Source: an uncultured Methanosarcinales archaeon (lineage in GTDB: Archaea > Nanobdellota > Nanobdellia > Woesearchaeales > UBA12501). From it: a DNA stretch of 64,000 nucleotides. The stretch is taken from assembly GCA_964397315.1 (NCBI GenBank), contig CAYNHV010000002.1, forward strand, positions 23,167 through 87,166. Direction: 5' to 3'. Both the position numbers and the translations under genes were made by a program. Position 1 is the stretch's first letter. Each line of letters starts with the position of its first letter. The notes under the pieces were generated by a model. The model was not told where the DNA came from, made no database searches, and saw nothing but the letters and a program-made list of their open reading frames with translations. Below, in pieces: positions 1-11,699 of the stretch.

Positions 1-263
1 GTCAAGGCCTGAGAGGTCTCCTGAGATGCTTGTCTCTGAAAGATCAGCTCCTTTTAGTTCAGGGCCCTCAAACTGCACCTTCCTGATGCTCTCCTCAACT
101 TCACTTTCGCTCCCCTCACTTCTCCTTCCTGATGAGCCCTGCCTGGGCATGAGAACAATCCTGTTGATCTTGCCTTCGCTCCCCATTTCAATCTCTATGC
201 TGCCCTCTAATCTGCCCTTTCTCAAGCTTTCAACAAGTTCTCTTAATGAATCCTTACCTGCCA
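1..263 (-). CDS. Partial CDS, 5' end only (runs off the window); repeat-rich protein, possibly pentapeptide-repeat-like
   Basis: Manual reverse-strand translation from ATG at 263..261 gives MAGKDSLRELVESLRKGRLEGSIEIEMGSEGKINRIVLMPRQGSS...GADLSETSISGDLSGLD with no stop before position 1. A GGAG sits ~12 nt upstream. The overlapping plus-strand ORF 26..319 is low complexity. Confidence 0.3.
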
Positions 264-430
264 TGTTCTTCCTTTTACTCCTGTATCCTCCTCATTTAAA
301 AATATTTTTAAAAGCTTAAACCTCCTTCAGCAAGCCCGTATATGGAGCAAACAAAAAATTATTATAAGCCAGGCTCATACAGCCGCAAAATTGCGGGCAG
401 GACAATATCCGTTGTCCTGCAGGGGGTGAT

Positions 431-991
431 ATGGTGAGGATGTTGATTCTTGCTGCAGTGACCGCTTTTGTGGTTGCGCTTGCAGGGTGCGCAGGCGAAA
501 GCGCATCTCCTGACATTCCCGCGCCAGAAGGAGATTATGGAGGTGGAAGCATGGAGATATCAAGCAGCTCTTTTCAGGACAGCGGAGACATACCTGCTGA
601 GCACACCTGCGACGGGGAGGATGTTTCTCCTGAGCTGAGCATAAGCGGAGTGCCTGAAGGCTCAAAGAGCCTGGCTCTGGTGATGGAGGATCCTGACGCT
701 CCAACAGGGAATTTCGTGCATTGGCTTGCATGGAACATCCCTCCTGAAACAAAGACAATAAACAGGGGAGAAGAGCCTGAAGGCTCTCAGGGAACCAATG
801 ACTTCGGCAATGCAGGCTATGGCGGGCCCCGCCCTCCCTCAGGAACCCACAGGTATTATTTCAGGCTTTACGCCCTAGACACAACACTTGATGTTGAGCA
901 GGGAGCTTCAAAGGACGAGCTTGAGAGCGCAATAGAAGGCCATGTGATAGACAAGGCAGAGCTGATGGGCAGGTACAGCAGGCAGGCATGA
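431..991 (+). CDS. PEBP/YbhB-YbcL family (Raf-kinase-inhibitor-like) lipoprotein
   Basis: Signal peptide with lipobox (LAGCAG). PEBP motifs DPDAP...HW and GYGGPRPPSGTHRYYFRLYALD are present. Confidence 0.8.
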   Translation: MVRMLILAAVTAFVVALAGCAGESASPDIPAPEGDYGGGSMEISSSSFQDSGDIPAEHTCDGEDVSPELSISGVPEGSKSLALVMEDPDAPTGNFVHWLAWNIPPETKTINRGEEPEGSQGTNDFGNAGYGGPRPPSGTHRYYFRLYALDTTLDVEQGASKDELESAIEGHVIDKAELMGRYSRQA

Positions 992-1024
992 GAACATAAA
1001 TGCTTTAAGCCTGGTCAATGCAGT

Positions 1025-2017
1025 TCATTCTGCAAGAGAGGAGTATATCCTTTTTATCTCATCTGCGCTCTCCGCCCTCATGAGCTTCTGCCTCATCTGC
1101 CTCGCTCCCTTAAGCCCTTTTGTGAACCACATTGCGTGCTGCCTTATTTCAGTGAATGCCCTGCCTTTCTCATGCATCTCATAATAATCAAGCATCCTCA
1201 GGAAAGCCCTTATCCTCTCACCTGCCTCTGGCTCAGGAATGTTCCTGCCTTTCTCAAGAAGATGTTTTGCTCTTCTGAAGATAAATGGGTTGCCTATGGC
1301 TCCCCTCCCTATCATCACAGCATCACATCCCGTGCTCTCAAGCATTGATTTCGCGTTTCCAGGAGCGAAAATGTCGCCGTTGCCGATTACAGGCACAGAA
1401 GCATTTTCTTTTGCCTTCCTTATCTCGCTCCAGTCCGCCTTTCCTGAGTACTTCTGCTTTTTTGTTCTCGCGTGTATTGCTATTGCGCTGACACCCAGGT
1501 CCTCCAGGATTCTCACAATCTCAAGGGTTTTTACAGAGCCCTCATCCCATCCGGTCCTTATCTTTGCTGTCACGGGCCTGTTGGTTGCCGAGAGGACAGG
1601 GGACACAGCCTTTTCTATCTGCTCAGGGTGCTTAACAAAAAAAGCCCCTGCCTTCAGCGCAAGCGCGTCCTTCTCAGGGCATCCCAGGTTTATGTCTATT
1701 ACATCAGCGCGCTCCTCAATCAGGCCTGCAGCCTCTGCCATGAGCCTCTTGTCAGAGCCGAGCAGCTGGACGCTTATGGGCCTTTCCTTGTCAAGAAAGC
1801 ATGTCCTCTCTATTATCTTCTCAGGATTAGCTGTAAGCTGGTTTGCCACAAGCATGGGTGTTGAGACCATTCCCGCACCCTCATCTCTGCACAAAAGCCT
1901 GAATGCAGCGCAGTTCACTCCTGCCATTGGAGCCAGGATAAGAGGGGATTCCAGCTTTACACTGCCTACGCTGAAGCTTTTCATGCCTTTCATCAGGACA
2001 AAATAAGACGCTGCCAA
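1025..2017 (-). CDS. dus: tRNA-dihydrouridine synthase (Dus family, TIM-barrel flavoenzyme)
   Basis: LILAPMAGV near the N-terminus, catalytic-cysteine region INLGCP, and Dus-like length (330 aa). Confidence 0.8.
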   Translation of the reverse strand: MAASYFVLMKGMKSFSVGSVKLESPLILAPMAGVNCAAFRLLCRDEGAGMVSTPMLVANQLTANPEKIIERTCFLDKERPISVQLLGSDKRLMAEAAGLIEERADVIDINLGCPEKDALALKAGAFFVKHPEQIEKAVSPVLSATNRPVTAKIRTGWDEGSVKTLEIVRILEDLGVSAIAIHARTKKQKYSGKADWSEIRKAKENASVPVIGNGDIFAPGNAKSMLESTGCDAVMIGRGAIGNPFIFRRAKHLLEKGRNIPEPEAGERIRAFLRMLDYYEMHEKGRAFTEIRQHAMWFTKGLKGARQMRQKLMRAESADEIKRIYSSLAE

Positions 2018-2039
2018 TATAAAATTTGCGGATTGAGTA

Positions 2040-2750
2040 GTGTATTATTGTTGATTTGAGGTGGTGATTTTTATTATAATATTTTCAGGTGATTCCCGGC
2101 CTCTGGAGGATGATGTTTTTATGCTTATAACTCATGGTACTTCCTTTTGGAAGAATGTGTTCCTGCTGGCTTTTCATGGTAATTCCCACCCTTGGGTAGA
2201 CGATATTTTTATGATTATGATTCCTGGTACTTCCCTCCCTTTAGGTGAGGGGGTGTTTGATTCAATTTTTCCTGATACTTCCCTCCCTTACTGCAAAACC
2301 ACCCAGCAGGTTATCTGATTCTGTCTCCGCACAACTACACTCTCCTGCCTCTAATAAGCCCACCCAATCATATGCTTAAAGCGCTCTGTGGAGTTGGTGC
2401 GCTAAGCATATGTGAGGGGGGAGGCGGGAGGGCTTTATCCAGATGTAACTGCGATTGAGGCGGTGGTTAAGCCTGGAGGAACAGAGATTGCAGAAAAAGC
2501 ATTTACAAAAATCCCTGAACAGGGAGGCGGTAAACTCTGGAAAAATTACCAGCTTTACATTAAACTTATGGCATATTGACCAAACACTATCTGAAGGGGC
2601 AAACTCTGGGGGAACACCTCTTACAAGATGGTTATCTTCAAGATTTTTTAAACAGGGCAGCGGCAAACCCCTGAAGAATGCCATTTATGGAACAATAAGT
2701 CCAACAGAGTCTCATTCTGCGGCTTTGTTCTCAGAAAAATTTTTATAGGA
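2040..2750 (+). repeat. Modular intergenic repeat element, copy A
   Basis: About four degenerate units of the tandem ~30–45 bp repeat (tttttatgattatgattcctggtacttccc-like). These are followed by the conserved core aataagcccacccaatcatatgcttaaagcgctctgtggagttggtgcgctaagcatatgtgaggggg (hairpin arms 2369..2412), then the tgtaactgcg...ggcggtgg...agcctggagg module and an aaacagggcagcggcaaacc module. Same family as copies at 11.7, 17.6, 37.7, 43.2, 46.6 and 51.4 kb. Confidence 0.8.
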
Positions 2751-2795
2751 TGCTTATTAAGGACATTTAAAAAATCATTAAGGGCATTAAAAAAG

Positions 2796-3977
2796 GTGTA
2801 TGCGATGAATCTTATACTGTTCCTGGCCGTAGTGTTCCTCATAACATTCATAGTGGGCCGCCTTCTTGAGAGGATAAGAATCCCCTGGATATTCTCTGCC
2901 CTTCTGATAGGGTTAGTGATGGCTGTCTACAATCCTGTAAAGGACGTGACATCCTCATCATCATTTCTCCTGCTTGCGGAGCTGGGCATGTATTTTCTCC
3001 TGTTCATAATAGGCTTTGAGATAGACTTCAAGGAGATAAGAAAGAGAAAGAGTTTCATCGTAAGGACAACCCTGGGAGTCATATTCGCTGAGGCTTTGCT
3101 GGGAACATTGTTCGTGCACTACGTGTTCGGCATGTCATGGATAATATCAGTCCTTGTGGCCCTCTCCTTCGCTACAGTGGGCGAGGCTGTGCTCCTTCCC
3201 ATCCTTGACGAGTTCAGGCTCACCAAGACAAGCCTGGGCCAGACAATAATAGGCATAGGTGTTCTTGACGACATTATTGAGGTCATAACAGTGATAGCGC
3301 TCAGCGTCATAGTGGGGACATCAATAGGCCACAGCAAGACACAGATATCCTTAACTCTAGGTGTGCTGGTTTTGCTTTTCGGGCTTGCATACCTCCTGAC
3401 CCTGGGCAAGGACAAGGCAGCTAAGATTCACTTCAAGGGAATAGCGTCATTCTTCCTCTTTGTGATATTCTTCATCTTCCTTTTCATAGGAATAGGCCTG
3501 CTTGCAGAGGCAGCTGCCCTGGGCGCTCTCCTGGCGGGAATAGCGCTAAAGAACTTCATACCTGAGAAGAGGCTTAAGATTGTTGATTCAGAGATAAGGA
3601 CCATGGCTTACGGCTTTTTCGCGCCCATATTCTTCCTGTGGGTGGGGCTGGACACTGACGTGATATACCTGCTGAAATATCCCCTTCTTGTTGTGGCTGT
3701 CATTGCAATAGCCAATAGCACAAAGATAATAACAAGCTATGTCATGGGAAGGAATGTCCTTGGCCCAAAAAAATCCCTCCTTCTAGGCATAAGCCTCACA
3801 GTCAAGTTCAGCACCAGTATAGTGATAATAAAGCTTCTTTTTGAGAGGGGCCTCATACCTCTCACCCTTTACTCTGTTCTTGTGGGCACCACCATACTCT
3901 TCAAGTTCATAGTGCCTTTCCTCCTCTCAACCCTCATCAAGAGGTGGAACATAACCCCCACAGGCAGGAAGCAATAG
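2796..3977 (+). CDS. Cation:proton antiporter (CPA family, Na+/H+ or K+/H+ exchanger)
   Basis: Polytopic membrane protein of about 12 TM segments with a composition typical of the Na_H_Exchanger family. Confidence 0.75.
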   Translation: MYAMNLILFLAVVFLITFIVGRLLERIRIPWIFSALLIGLVMAVYNPVKDVTSSSSFLLLAELGMYFLLFIIGFEIDFKEIRKRKSFIVRTTLGVIFAEALLGTLFVHYVFGMSWIISVLVALSFATVGEAVLLPILDEFRLTKTSLGQTIIGIGVLDDIIEVITVIALSVIVGTSIGHSKTQISLTLGVLVLLFGLAYLLTLGKDKAAKIHFKGIASFFLFVIFFIFLFIGIGLLAEAAALGALLAGIALKNFIPEKRLKIVDSEIRTMAYGFFAPIFFLWVGLDTDVIYLLKYPLLVVAVIAIANSTKIITSYVMGRNVLGPKKSLLLGISLTVKFSTSIVIIKLLFERGLIPLTLYSVLVGTTILFKFIVPFLLSTLIKRWNITPTGRKQ

Positions 3978-4041
3978 CATTCATACATCCCTGAGATGAT
4001 ATTCCAGAGAAAATATCCTAAGATAGAAACACACTAAAGGA

Positions 4042-4329
4042 TTATTCTTCCTTTATTTTTATGGCATTCTCAGGGCACTGGCTGTCGCAGGCATTGCATC
4101 CTATGCAGGCATTGGGCTTCTTGACAATAGCCTTGCCGCCCTCTATTGAGAACACGTCCATCGGGCATACGCTCGCGCATGCGCCGCAGCCGTTGCACTT
4201 CTCATTCACCACAGGATAGGGTTTTTTGCTCTCTTTTTCCTCAGCCACTTGGGTCACTTCCCTCTGACTTTTCTCTGCTTTTGCTTTTCTGGCTGCTGCC
4301 TTCTTCTGCTTTACTGCCCTGCTTTTCAT
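4042..4329 (-). CDS. 2[4Fe-4S] ferredoxin-domain protein; start uncertain
   Basis: Two CxxCxxCxxxCP motifs (CNGCGACASVCP and CIGCNACDSQCP). The Lys-rich N-terminus overlaps the 3' tail of the S3Ae gene in another frame, so the true start is probably downstream (GTG/TTG near VVNEK). Confidence 0.6.
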   Translation of the reverse strand: MKSRAVKQKKAAARKAKAEKSQREVTQVAEEKESKKPYPVVNEKCNGCGACASVCPMDVFSIEGGKAIVKKPNACIGCNACDSQCPENAIKIKEE

Positions 4330-5083
4330 GGCCTGTCTTTTTTCCAGAATCAGAATTATCCTTTTTAATCTCCTTTCCCTTCCCTGCTTCAGCCTTTGGC
4401 TCTTCCTTTTTTGTCTCTTTGCTCTCTTCCGGCTCTTCTTTTTTCTCCTGAGCCTTTCCTTCCTCTGCGGGGATTTCTTCTTTTTCCGCAGGCTTCACCC
4501 CGCCCCCTTCAAAAGACAGGATTCTTATCTCGCATATTTTTATTGGATAAATCTTCTTGAGCGCGTCCTTGAGGCTCTTCTGCAGCCTGTTATGCATCAC
4601 TTCCTGCACAAGAATGTCTCTTTTTGTGTTTTTTATCCTGTTTTTGAGGAATTCCATTGTTTTCTTTCTCAGCGCTGTTGCTGCAGAACCCTTCACATGG
4701 CCGGATGTTATGAGAAGCGGCTTTATTCTTGCCTTTTTGCTGTCAGCTGTCGTGCAGATGAAGGAGCAGTCAATCCTCTCCTTGCCTCTCCTGACAAATC
4801 TCTTTATTGAGGATGGGTTTATCTCAAAGCTTTTTACGCTGGTGTAGGCTGTCTCCCCCATAACCCGGTCTATCTCAAACACCACGTTCATGTTCTGCTT
4901 TTTCATGTCCCTGGTGAGGTGCATGAGGTTTGAGGAGATTGTCCTTCCTGCGACTATGGCAGGGTCCAGGGATGGTGTTTCTCCCACCACCTGCTCATTG
5001 AATATCTTGGGAGCCAGCACCCTGTACCATCTCTTCCTCTTCCAGGTATCCACAACCTGCCCTTTTGGCTTTGCTTTTGCCAT
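4241..5083 (-). CDS. rps3ae: 30S ribosomal protein S3Ae (eS1) with a long Lys/Glu-rich C-terminal tail
   Basis: N-terminus MAKAKPKGQVVDTWKRKRWYRVLAPKIFNE is the S3Ae signature. The core is ~205 aa, followed by ~75 aa of K/E-rich low-complexity sequence. Confidence 0.85.
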   Translation of the reverse strand: MAKAKPKGQVVDTWKRKRWYRVLAPKIFNEQVVGETPSLDPAIVAGRTISSNLMHLTRDMKKQNMNVVFEIDRVMGETAYTSVKSFEINPSSIKRFVRRGKERIDCSFICTTADSKKARIKPLLITSGHVKGSAATALRKKTMEFLKNRIKNTKRDILVQEVMHNRLQKSLKDALKKIYPIKICEIRILSFEGGGVKPAEKEEIPAEEGKAQEKKEEPEESKETKKEEPKAEAGKGKEIKKDNSDSGKKTGHEKQGSKAEEGSSQKSKSREKSEGSDPSG

Positions 5084-5155
5084 TAGAGATATACGGGAAA
5101 AGCAGCCATTTATAAATATTTCGGGATTTCGCCTCTTCAGGAGACAACAGCCCTT

Positions 5156-7940
<2,785 letters not shown>

Positions 7941-8368
7941 TTATCCTGCTTCTTGTTGAAACCCTGTATTGCTTAAATATCGCCTCTAGAAGCTCTCTAG
8001 GAGGTGTCTTGCTGGAAAGAAAGAAGACTGTTTTGTTTATAAATTTTTTGCTTGTGGAGTGGTTCCAGAGAGGCTGAGGAGCTAGAATTTGATGGTCTCA
8101 GGGTTTTTTGAATTCTGGACCAGATGTTTTTACTTGAGTCAGAATATTCAACTTTATCGTAATACTTCCGAAAAAAAATCATTTTCTTGTCCTTCTTTCA
8201 ATCTTTCAGAAAATTCTCTGTTTTAGTTGAAAGATTTTCAGATATGCCGAAAAAACTCATTTAAAAGTCAAACACCTATTAAGCACAGATACAAAGAACC
8301 TGAGAGAGGTTCTATCTGACTATACATGCCGTGATTAAGGTTAGCGGCAGCTACATAAAGGTGGAAAA

Positions 8369-9715
8369 ATGAAAGACCTCATACTCGTAAACAGCCCAAA
8401 CCAGTTTTTTACAACAGACTCAATGGGAAACGAGCTTAATACTGACAAGACTTATTCTGTCGGGCTTGGTTATGTTTCCGCATCCCTCAAGAAGGAAGGG
8501 TTTGATGTAGGGTTTGTGGATGGTAACTTTCAAAGGACTCCTGTTGAGAGTATTGCAGGGGAGATTTCCGCTCAGAAGCCAGCTGCAGTTGGCATGAATG
8601 TCACTCTGCCAAATTTGAGTGTCGTGCTTGACACCGCCAGAAAAATCAAAGAATCCTACAATCCTCTTATAATTGTTGGAGGTCCTGGCGCCACACTAAT
8701 ACACGACAAGATAATAAAAGACGACAGTATAGACATTGTAGCCAGAAATGAGGGGGAGGAGACAACACCAAAACTGCTTTCAGGAGCTGACCTTCAGGAT
8801 ATTCCGGGAATAACATACAAAAGAAACGGCTCAGTCATAGCAAATCCTAAGTCTGAACCCATTAAGGACCTTGATTCGCTTTCATTTCCTGATACTGATG
8901 TAATCCCTCAGGAGATAAAGGAACTGGGCATAGTGTCCATGTTTACCACCAGAGGCTGTTCAAACCGCTGCACTTACTGCTCCACTCCAGAAATATGGGA
9001 TAGAAAGATAAGGTTCAGAAGCGCTGAAGGCATAGTTGACGAGATCAATAATTATAGAGAGCATTTTAATCTCAAAGAGGTGCATTTTCTTGATGACACT
9101 TTCACAGTAAGCAGAAAGAGGCTTTATTCCTTCCTGGATGCTTATGTTCAAGCAGGGCTTAATAAGGAAATAGGGTGGAGATGCCTTTCAAGGGTTAACA
9201 CTGTGGATGAGGATACCCTAGATTATATGAAAGAAGCAGGATGCAACCATATAAGTTATGGCATAGAATCTGCAAACGAAGAGGTACTGAAAGACATTAA
9301 GAAAAACATATCTCCTGAGCAGGCAAAACAAGTCTGCGAGATGACCAGCAGACTGGGCATAAAAACGAAAGCTTTTTTTATGATAGGGTTTCCGGGAGAG
9401 ACAGAAAAAGAGATAAACCAGACTCTTGATTTCGCCGCTAATCTTGATGTTGACAGGATAGCTATCAACGTCGTGAAGGCTTACCCTGGCACAGCCCTCT
9501 ACAATGAAGTGAACCAGGCCTTTCCTGAGGGCTACTCATCAGATTTTAGATGCAACAGCAGCGCATGGGAGGCAGGGGACAAGGTAGGTGAATGCATGAA
9601 GAAGTACGCCTCAATACCAGAAATATCATGCAATCCTCATTTCACACCTCAGGAGCTTATGGGGTTCGCTGAGGAGGGTTACAGGAGGTTTTTAGAAAAC
9701 AGGGGTGAGATATAA
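8369..9715 (+). CDS. B12-binding-domain radical SAM protein (class B rSAM)
   Basis: N-terminal cobalamin-binding Rossmann domain followed by the radical SAM motif CSNRCTYCS (CxxxCxxC); 448 aa. Confidence 0.8.
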   Translation: MKDLILVNSPNQFFTTDSMGNELNTDKTYSVGLGYVSASLKKEGFDVGFVDGNFQRTPVESIAGEISAQKPAAVGMNVTLPNLSVVLDTARKIKESYNPLIIVGGPGATLIHDKIIKDDSIDIVARNEGEETTPKLLSGADLQDIPGITYKRNGSVIANPKSEPIKDLDSLSFPDTDVIPQEIKELGIVSMFTTRGCSNRCTYCSTPEIWDRKIRFRSAEGIVDEINNYREHFNLKEVHFLDDTFTVSRKRLYSFLDAYVQAGLNKEIGWRCLSRVNTVDEDTLDYMKEAGCNHISYGIESANEEVLKDIKKNISPEQAKQVCEMTSRLGIKTKAFFMIGFPGETEKEINQTLDFAANLDVDRIAINVVKAYPGTALYNEVNQAFPEGYSSDFRCNSSAWEAGDKVGECMKKYASIPEISCNPHFTPQELMGFAEEGYRRFLENRGEI

Positions 9716-10089
9716 TGAAAGTGTTTGTAGCAGTGAAATTTGACAAAGAAGGGGGAGAGGACAGGATAAGCACAATCAAGAGCTGCTTGAAAGAGAGAGG
9801 GCAAGAGCCTTCTTTTTTTGTTGAGAAAGGGGAATACACAAACAAGAAAGAGATGATGAAAGATGTTGTTGAGGAGATTAAAAACAGCGAAGCCCTTCTG
9901 GCGGACATATCTGAAGGGGCGGTTGGGGTGAGTATTGAAGCAGGGATAGCTTACGCGCTGGGAAAGCCGGTTTATGTGGTGCACAAGGAGGGCTCCAGAA
10001 TATCTTCAACAATGAGGGGCATCAGCAGAAATATTCTTGAATACAAAGATGCAAGAGATATACCTCTTGTGCTTGAAACAGGGGTTTAG
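9715..10089 (+). CDS. Nucleoside 2-deoxyribosyltransferase-like small Rossmann protein
   Basis: 124 aa. GxxxEAGxAxALGKPV pattern typical of the NDT-like superfamily. ATG overlaps the rSAM stop (ATAATGA), so the two are translationally coupled. Confidence 0.45.
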   Translation: MKVFVAVKFDKEGGEDRISTIKSCLKERGQEPSFFVEKGEYTNKKEMMKDVVEEIKNSEALLADISEGAVGVSIEAGIAYALGKPVYVVHKEGSRISSTMRGISRNILEYKDARDIPLVLETGV

Positions 10090-10146
10090 CAAGGATCTTG
10101 CCTGGAGAAGCGAAGAAAACAAGAGCATAAGAAAATGAGAGCATAA

Positions 10147-11250
10147 TCAACTCTTGCCCTGGCCGAACCTGCTTATGACTATCTGCCCATTCTTCACTTT
10201 AAGGGAAACCTCATGCCTCTCGCTCAGGCCTGACACGTCTGTAACAACCTCGGGCAGGAGTATCCTGTTACCCCTGAAGTCCAGGTTTGTGAGAATCTCC
10301 CTCACCTGCTTGTCATTCCCCTCTATGCCAAGCTCTTTCATCACGCTTGAAGTGCCGTATACCTTCTCCACTTTCTTTCTTGCGCTCGCGCTCTCATAAA
10401 GCCATTTTGCAATCTTGCCAGCCACGTCCACCTTTGTGGCCTTTGTTATCCCCTGAAGCCCTGGGCTGAGGTTCAGCTCAATGACAAGAGGCCCCCTCGC
10501 GCTCTCCAGCATGTCAACACCGCAGACGCCCGCGCCGAGCGCTTCTGCAGCCCTCACCGCTATCTTCTTTGAGTGGTTGTCCATCTCATAGACCTCTCCT
10601 GCCCCTCCCGCGTGTATGTTGGACCTTTTCTCTCCTTCAACCGCCTTTCTCTTCATTGCAGCCACGACCTTGTTGCCCACTACAAGGGCTCTAGTGTCAA
10701 CCCCTCCTGTCTCCACATACTCCTGGATTATGAAGGGCTGTTTGAGTGTTGAAAGCGCGTCAAGAAGGGAGGACGCTGAAGAGTATGAGTCCGCGAACAT
10801 CACCCCCTTTCCCTGGGTGCCCTTGGGAAATTTTATGACAATAGGATAGTTGACTTTCTCAAATATTGCTTTTGCAGCCTCAACAGTCGGCGCAAGATAA
10901 GTTGTGGGTGTGGGAACATTGTGCTGCTGGAGCCTTAGCTGCGTGAGCAGCTTGTCCTGTCCTATGGAGAATGCAGAAGGGCTTATGGGCATGAATGCCT
11001 TTTTTGAGAGCGAAGAGCTTATTGACCTGAGTATTTCAGTGTACCTATGGGAGCCCTTGGCGTACACGCAGTCGTAATCGTCAATGGGCTTGTCCCTGCA
11101 GAGCACGCTTATTCCCTCCTTGCCCAGATCAACCTCAACCTCCTTGAGCTGTATCTCGTCAACCTTGCTGAAGTATTTTCTCATGGCTTCAGCTATCCAC
11201 TTTGAAGATACGCTTCCCAGGCTTATTACTGCCCCCCTCATAATATTCAC
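10147..11250 (-). CDS. RimK-family ATP-grasp ligase (alpha-L-glutamate ligase-like) with an ~80-aa C-terminal extension
   Basis: ATP-grasp core similar to RimK/LysX/CofF. Paired with a retropepsin-like protease gene located immediately upstream in the transcription direction. Confidence 0.7.
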   Translation of the reverse strand: MNIMRGAVISLGSVSSKWIAEAMRKYFSKVDEIQLKEVEVDLGKEGISVLCRDKPIDDYDCVYAKGSHRYTEILRSISSSLSKKAFMPISPSAFSIGQDKLLTQLRLQQHNVPTPTTYLAPTVEAAKAIFEKVNYPIVIKFPKGTQGKGVMFADSYSSASSLLDALSTLKQPFIIQEYVETGGVDTRALVVGNKVVAAMKRKAVEGEKRSNIHAGGAGEVYEMDNHSKKIAVRAAEALGAGVCGVDMLESARGPLVIELNLSPGLQGITKATKVDVAGKIAKWLYESASARKKVEKVYGTSSVMKELGIEGNDKQVREILTNLDFRGNRILLPEVVTDVSGLSERHEVSLKVKNGQIVISRFGQGKS

Positions 11251-11253
11251 AAT

Positions 11254-11634
11254 CTAATCTTCCTTTGTAGGGTCCACAAGGAACTTGTTCTCCTTGAGAA
11301 TGTTCTGCCCTATCAGAATACTGTATTTCATGTGGCTCCTGTCAGCAAGGGTGAACTCAGAACTTATCTTCTTGTTTGATATCTCAATCTCTGTCCTCAC
11401 CATGGGCCTCAGAGCATTGCCTGACGCTGATTTTATCATCGCGGCCTTCAGCACAGGCCCCAGCCTGAGGTCTGCCGCAAGCTTTACATCAATAGAGCTT
11501 TTTGTAGCTCCAGTGTCTATCCTCGCAGTCACTTCCCTCTTTCCCTTTGGGCCGTGCACTATTATCCTCTCATTCAGCCCAACAACTGTCCTGTTCTTGT
11601 ACTGCACTACTATATCCCTTTTTGCAAGAGCCAT
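11254..11634 (-). CDS. RimK-associated retropepsin-like aspartic protease (Zn_protease/DUF785-like)
   Basis: IDTGAT (D-T/S-G-A) active-site motif; 126 aa; 4-nt spacing to the ATP-grasp gene. Confidence 0.65.
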   Translation of the reverse strand: MALAKRDIVVQYKNRTVVGLNERIIVHGPKGKREVTARIDTGATKSSIDVKLAADLRLGPVLKAAMIKSASGNALRPMVRTEIEISNKKISSEFTLADRSHMKYSILIGQNILKENKFLVDPTKED

Positions 11635-11699
11635 GAGAGCGCTTAAATCGCTGTTGGTTTATAAAATTAACTGTATGGAAAAGCTTATGGAGAGTATAA

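Noticed and set aside
26-319. 97-aa plus-strand ORF at the window start
   Set aside because: Leu/Ser/Pro low-complexity translation. The opposite strand encodes a more protein-like partial CDS (1..263) with an SD-like sequence.
1239-2006. 255-aa plus-strand ORF and several others antisense to dus
   Set aside because: Entirely antisense to a well-supported Dus gene; low-complexity composition.
2061-2318. Plus-strand ORF (85 aa) and similar ORFs at 37834..38106, 37912..38100 and 38013..38228 inside repeat elements
   Set aside because: They are generated by the periodic tandem repeats. The peptide similarity between copies merely mirrors nucleotide similarity. They have no start context and lie inside non-coding elements.
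2330-2700. Possibility that the repeat elements are RNase P RNA, SRP RNA or C/D-box sRNAs
   Set aside because: Weak resemblances exist: ACAGARA, AAACAGGGCAG, and GATGATG near CTGA. But no convincing CR-I (GGAAAGUCCGGGC) or CR-IV motif or SRP helix-8 motif is present. A single-copy essential RNA would not occur seven times. An Infernal scan is still needed before this can be considered settled.
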